A stretch of DNA of 64,000 nucleotides, taken from Candidatus Multivoradales bacterium. GTDB lineage: Bacteria; Acidobacteriota; Thermoanaerobaculia; Multivoradales; JAHEKO01. The first letter of the stretch is position 1; each line of letters begins with the position of its first letter. Both the position numbers and the translations under genes were made by a program. The stretch is taken from assembly GCA_965248055.1 (NCBI GenBank), contig CBDFIJ010000004.1, positions 1,756,299 through 1,820,298 of the forward strand, written 5' to 3'. The notes under the pieces are model-generated. The model made no database searches, was not told the origin of the DNA, and saw only the letters and a list, made by a program, of their open reading frames with translations. Below are positions 59,879-64,000 of the stretch, piece after piece.

Positions 59879-60588
59879 CCATTCGCAGACCAGGTCGGAA
59901 CCGCTCGCTGTTGTTGGGGACGCTTGCGCTCATTGTAGGAAGTATGGATTTTCCACTGGCAGCCTCGGAAGTTGAAGTCCATATCGTGCTACCCGTGCGG
60001 GCGCGCATTGCCCTGGAGAACCGAGGCACGGTGACCCTTGCACCCTGTTTGATCTTTGATGAAGAAGGCGAAGAGAACGCCTACGATATTGATCTGGTCA
60101 AAGAGTTCGAACGCTACTTCAGTCGCTTGCTCGGACGTAAGACCGACCTCAAGTTCATCGAATCGGGACCAATCGACTACCCATCTTTTGATTTGGGACA
60201 ACTGGGCAATGACTCTGATTTTTGGGCCTTCGTGGGTTCACAGACACAAGCTGACTTGGTGCTCGCTTGTAGCTTGGATTTTGATGTTCAAGAGCGAAGC
60301 GGATACCGTTCTCAACCTTACGTCTCTCCTTACGACGGACGAACCTACGAGCGTCAAGTCTTGATTGAAAACACCGGATTTGAATTCGATATTGTGCTCC
60401 AGGTTTATGAAGGCGCCACTGGCGAACAGCTCTATACCGAGAACTTCAAAGATTTTCGAGAGTTTCCCACTGACAGCGCCGACCCCATCACCGGAATGTT
60501 CGCCAATTTGCAGGCGTTAGAAGATCGCATCGCTGGAATTTTTGTCCAGCGAGAGGTTCCCGCCAGCCGCACCCTCTACACTGAATGA
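59875..60588 (+). CDS. Secreted hypothetical protein
   Basis: Signal-like N-terminus. It is translationally coupled on both sides (ATGA overlaps). Confidence 0.55.
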   Translation: MTIRRPGRNRSLLLGTLALIVGSMDFPLAASEVEVHIVLPVRARIALENRGTVTLAPCLIFDEEGEENAYDIDLVKEFERYFSRLLGRKTDLKFIESGPIDYPSFDLGQLGNDSDFWAFVGSQTQADLVLACSLDFDVQERSGYRSQPYVSPYDGRTYERQVLIENTGFEFDIVLQVYEGATGEQLYTENFKDFREFPTDSADPITGMFANLQALEDRIAGIFVQREVPASRTLYTE

Positions 60589-63557
60589 CAGCTCCCCTCT
60601 CGATCGAAAAAGGAGTCACCGTGACTAAGAACCTTCGCTTGATGAACCTTCGTTTGCCTCTGGCCTGCGCGCTCTTGGCGCTGATGGCGGTTTCTCCAGT
60701 TACTGCCCAATTCGGCAAGAACTCGAAGATCCAATATCGAGATTTCAACTGGAAGATCTACCATGCCACCCATTTCGATGTTTATTACTACGAGGACGAG
60801 AAACACCTTCTCGACCGGGTGGTGTCGTTCGCAGAATCAGCCTACGACCATCTGTCGCGCGAGTTCGACTACCAGATCCCAAAACCGACGCCGCTGATCT
60901 TTTACCGCACCCACAATGAATTCCAACAGAACAACATCATCCTCAACTACATTCCGGAAGGACTGGGTGCATTCGCCAGTTCGGTGCGTAATCGCATGGT
61001 GCTACCGGTGGACATGCCGGATGACCAGCTGCTCAACCTCATCCTTCACGAACTGACCCACATTTTTCAGTACCACATCCTCTATGGAGGTAGCGCCGGG
61101 AAAGGCATTACCTCTTCCGCGCCCCAGTACATCAACGAAGGCATGGCGAGCTACTACGCCGCCGACGAAGACGCCCGCGACAAGATGTATCTGCGCGATG
61201 CAGTGGTCAACGACAACATTCCCGAGATCGGTGGTGATTCTCAGCCGCAAGGGTTCTTCGCCTATCGCTACGGCCACGCCTTTTTTGACTACGTAGAAGA
61301 AACCTACGGCAAAGAAGGTGTACTCGCTTTCTTACTAGAACTACGCACCACGCTCGGCTCGCGCGTTGGGCCCGCCATTGAACGTGCTTTTACCGAGAAG
61401 CCTGAGGATTTTTCCGCCGACTTTCGTCGCTGGTTGCGGCGTAAGTACTTGCCAGAGTTAGTGGTCACCGGTGAGCCCGGCGACTTTGGTCGCCGTTTTC
61501 GTCAAGAAAAGGGCAAGGCTCCGGTCAACGCGGCTTCACCGATCGCCTCTCCTTCCGGAGACCTGATCGCGACCTTTGTCCGGGATCGTGGCGAAGTCGA
61601 CATCGTGCTCTACGACACTAAGACCCGCGAGAAGGTCAAGAACCTCACCAAGGGGTTTACCACCGACGTTCAGTACTTCATCGCCCAAGAGATCGGCGAA
61701 GTGCCGCGTAAGATGGGTCGAGACTTGGCTTTTTCGCCGGACGGCAATCAGTTGGCAGCCTTTGTGCGCAAGGAAGACTCGCGCAAACTAGCCTTCGTCG
61801 ACGTACTGCGCGGTGGCGTGCGCCGGCTTATCGACGTAGGCGTTGACCAAGCGTTGAATCCTGCTTGGTCTCCAGACGGAACCAAGATCGCTTTCGCCGG
61901 TCATCGCGATGGTCAGTTCGACATCTTCGAGTACGACTTGAATGCCGACGTAGTCACCAATTTGACCAACGACAAGGTCTACGACGGCGCGCCATCTTAC
62001 AGCCCCGACGGTTCGTCGTTGGTGTTTTCCTCCGCAGCAGGCGACACCATTCGCATCTACCGCATTGATCGCAGCGACCCATCGGTGCGTTATCCGCTCA
62101 CCGACGGAGAGGACAATGCCACCGATCCAATTTACTCGCCCGACGGCAGCCGACTGTATTTCACCTCCGACTACACCGGCGCCAACAACATCTTTTCCAA
62201 AGACTTGGCGACCGGAGAGACGGTACAGCACACCAACTCGGTCACCGGCAGCTATATGCCGGTTCCGTTGTCCAATCCAGCCGGGGATGACCGTCTGGTG
62301 TTCACCGCTTTCTGGCGTGGTCGGCATGATCTTTACCTGCTGGATGAGGCGAAGCCTATCTCTGACCCCATCATCATCGTCGAACCGGATCAGCAAGCTC
62401 CCGAGGGAGCTGGTCTCCGGCTCACCGAGCTACCGGAATTTGAACCGACCATTGAGGCCGCGCTAGACGACGCCAATATTGGTCCCTACAAGCGCAAGTT
62501 CTTTATCGAAGGCTTCTCAGGAACGTCGATCGCGGTAACCGACGACCAACGCTATATCGGTACCGTCGCCGTCTCGCTGTCCGACTTTCTTGGCGACCAT
62601 CGCATTTTGGCCCAATTTCAAACCGTGGATTCGTTCCGGAATTTCAACATCGTCTACGCGGACCTCAAGAAGAGACTGCAAAAGCAAGTGAACCTGTTTG
62701 ACAACCGGACTTTTCGAGTCGTTGGTCGCGATCAGTTTGGCGGTCGCGCGATCCAACAAGAAGTTCGCTACGAAACCTTGGGGCTGTTTGGCTCGTTGGT
62801 CTATCCGTTGGACTTCAACCATCGAATCGAGGGCGGAGTTGGATATATCCAACGGAAATTCGAACTGGCGCTGTCGGAATTTGAAAGAAATCCGTTCGGC
62901 TTACCAGGGGAGACGCTGGATACCCTCACACTCTTCGAGGATGATTTCCCTTTCGTTCAAACCAAGTTTGTCGGGGATAGCTCGGTTTGGAGCGGTTTTG
63001 GTCCGATCAGTGGTCGTCGTTACTCGCTACAAGCAACTTACGCTTCCGACACTGGAGGCAGCGGTGACTTGTTCACCACCTTCGAAGCTGATTTCCGCCA
63101 GTACGTCCCCCTGGGACGTCGGGGGTCCTTTGCTATTCGTGGCTACGGCTTCACAAGTGATGGCAACCAACCCGGCATCACCTACTTTGGGGGTCTGGAT
63201 ACCGTGCGTGGGTTCAACTTTCGCAGTATCTCGGGCGACAACGGTTTTTATACCAACTTCGAGCTGCGCTTTCCGTTTATCGATTACTTGATTACTCCCT
63301 CTAGGGCTTTGTCTTTCCAGGGAATCCAAGGAGTCGTCTTTCTAGATATGGGCGGTGCTTGGTTTGATGGCGTTCAGGATTTCAACTTCTACGACTCCGA
63401 GAACAGTCGACTTGACGACGGAGTTGCCTCTTATGGGTTTGGACTTTCGACCCGAGTCTTCGGCTATCCCGTCAACTGGAATTTCGCCAAGCAATGGAAT
63501 TTCGACACTTCCGCCGATGGCTACGAAACTTCCTTCTGGATCGGTTTCCGCTTTTAG
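60585..63557 (+). CDS. 990-aa outer-membrane fusion protein: gluzincin-type metallopeptidase, TolB-like beta-propeller and an Omp85/surface-antigen-like C-terminal barrel
   Basis: Signal peptide, then 'HELTHIFQYH...NEGMASYY' (HExxH plus a downstream Glu). There are at least four 'SPDG(S/T/N)' propeller-blade repeats, and the C-terminus ends '...SFWIGFRF'. Confidence 0.75.
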   Translation: MTAPLSIEKGVTVTKNLRLMNLRLPLACALLALMAVSPVTAQFGKNSKIQYRDFNWKIYHATHFDVYYYEDEKHLLDRVVSFAESAYDHLSREFDYQIPKPTPLIFYRTHNEFQQNNIILNYIPEGLGAFASSVRNRMVLPVDMPDDQLLNLILHELTHIFQYHILYGGSAGKGITSSAPQYINEGMASYYAADEDARDKMYLRDAVVNDNIPEIGGDSQPQGFFAYRYGHAFFDYVEETYGKEGVLAFLLELRTTLGSRVGPAIERAFTEKPEDFSADFRRWLRRKYLPELVVTGEPGDFGRRFRQEKGKAPVNAASPIASPSGDLIATFVRDRGEVDIVLYDTKTREKVKNLTKGFTTDVQYFIAQEIGEVPRKMGRDLAFSPDGNQLAAFVRKEDSRKLAFVDVLRGGVRRLIDVGVDQALNPAWSPDGTKIAFAGHRDGQFDIFEYDLNADVVTNLTNDKVYDGAPSYSPDGSSLVFSSAAGDTIRIYRIDRSDPSVRYPLTDGEDNATDPIYSPDGSRLYFTSDYTGANNIFSKDLATGETVQHTNSVTGSYMPVPLSNPAGDDRLVFTAFWRGRHDLYLLDEAKPISDPIIIVEPDQQAPEGAGLRLTELPEFEPTIEAALDDANIGPYKRKFFIEGFSGTSIAVTDDQRYIGTVAVSLSDFLGDHRILAQFQTVDSFRNFNIVYADLKKRLQKQVNLFDNRTFRVVGRDQFGGRAIQQEVRYETLGLFGSLVYPLDFNHRIEGGVGYIQRKFELALSEFERNPFGLPGETLDTLTLFEDDFPFVQTKFVGDSSVWSGFGPISGRRYSLQATYASDTGGSGDLFTTFEADFRQYVPLGRRGSFAIRGYGFTSDGNQPGITYFGGLDTVRGFNFRSISGDNGFYTNFELRFPFIDYLITPSRALSFQGIQGVVFLDMGGAWFDGVQDFNFYDSENSRLDDGVASYGFGLSTRVFGYPVNWNFAKQWNFDTSADGYETSFWIGFRF

Positions 63558-63568
63558 CTGGAGCGTCA

Positions 63569-64000
63569 TTGAAGATTGAGGTTTTAGGCGCCTATGGAGG
63601 AGTCGGCCCAGGTATGCGACCGACTTCTTTGTTGATTGAAGACAGAGTCGTGTTGGACGCTGGGTCGATTGCCAGAAGTATCGATTTCGATCGCCAACAG
63701 AGAATCGAAGCGGTAGTTCTCACCCATGCTCACGCCGATCACATCTGCGAACTACCTTTTTTCCTAGAGAACATTGCCTCCGCTCTACGTCCTCCGGTAC
63801 GCATCTACGGCTCGGTCGCAACCTTGTATGCCGTCCGCCGTCATTTGATCAACAATCACATCTGGCCCGATCTAGACGCCTCAACCATCCGACCCAGGAT
63901 GATGGAGTTTGTTGAAATAGAAACCGAGCAGCCCTTCGTCGCTGGCGGCGTGCAATGGACGCCTTTCGCGGTCGATCACACGGTACCCACTTTCGGTTAC
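63569..64000 (+). CDS. MBL-fold metallo-hydrolase; the 3' end lies beyond the window
   Basis: TTG start 'LKIEVLGAYGG', then 'VVLTHAHADHICELPF' (HxHxDH motif). The ORF runs off the window end. Confidence 0.7.
   Translation, partial: MKIEVLGAYGGVGPGMRPTSLLIEDRVVLDAGSIARSIDFDRQQRIEAVVLTHAHADHICELPFFLENIASALRPPVRIYGSVATLYAVRRHLINNHIWPDLDASTIRPRMMEFVEIETEQPFVAGGVQWTPFAVDHTVPTFGY

Noticed and set aside
1-64000. CRISPR arrays, rRNA genes, tmRNA or RNase P
   Set aside because: No regularly spaced direct repeats are visible. No rRNA-like or structured-RNA-like segments were recognised by eye. The long intergenic regions were read individually.

Overview
This is a high-GC (about 60%) chromosomal segment from a bacterium that has an outer membrane. 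The evidence for that is a TonB-dependent receptor, an Omp85-like barrel, and many signal-peptide and lipoprotein-type proteins. Core housekeeping genes sit alongside several accessory patches.

The core genes are a partial gltX, the aconitase acnA, the citrate synthase gltA, queD and queE, tyrS, dapF, hslV and hslU, a xerC/xerD-type recombinase, trmFO, topA and dprA. The run dprA-topA-trmFO-xerC-hslVU lies on the minus strand in the same order as in Bacillus subtilis. There is also an Fe(III)-type ABC importer with its binding protein, ATPase and fused permease, an MFS transporter, a PadR regulator, an EamA/DMT transporter, an SDR oxidoreductase, an epimerase, an M28 peptidase and a Fur-family regulator placed directly before the TonB-dependent receptor.

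The accessory content is as follows:
- From about 1.0 to 5.4 kb there is a small island bounded by an intact tRNA-Gln(CTG) and a decayed copy of the same tRNA. It carries an IS5-type transposase, a RelE/ParE toxin-antitoxin pair and a secreted protein with a very cysteine-rich tail.
- From about 5.4 to 10.1 kb there is a low-GC patch with proteins of unknown function, including zinc-ribbon proteins, and an IS3 element.
- At 44.9 to 46.3 kb there is an intact IS256 element with a 9-bp target-site duplication.

The most unusual locus runs from 37.8 to 48.1 kb. It holds three diverged paralogs of a compact membrane enzyme with five transmembrane helices and an alkaline-phosphatase-superfamily (LtaS/EptA/sulfatase-like) catalytic domain. 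Two of them are followed by mini-genes that encode only a signal peptide, a Y-L-x-P-G-T-G-G motif, one transmembrane helix and a basic tail. The locus also carries a large protein with a methyltransferase domain. It is scarred by a 161-bp near-identical copy of the 3' end of the TonB-receptor gene, which has truncated one of the mini-genes.

A second unusual locus, at 59.1 to 63.6 kb, is an operon of a TPR protein, a secreted protein and a 990-aa fusion of an HExxH metallopeptidase, a TolB-like beta-propeller and an Omp85-like C-terminal barrel.

No CRISPR array and no rRNA gene were seen. Many annotated ORFs that run antisense inside the large GC-rich genes are artefacts.
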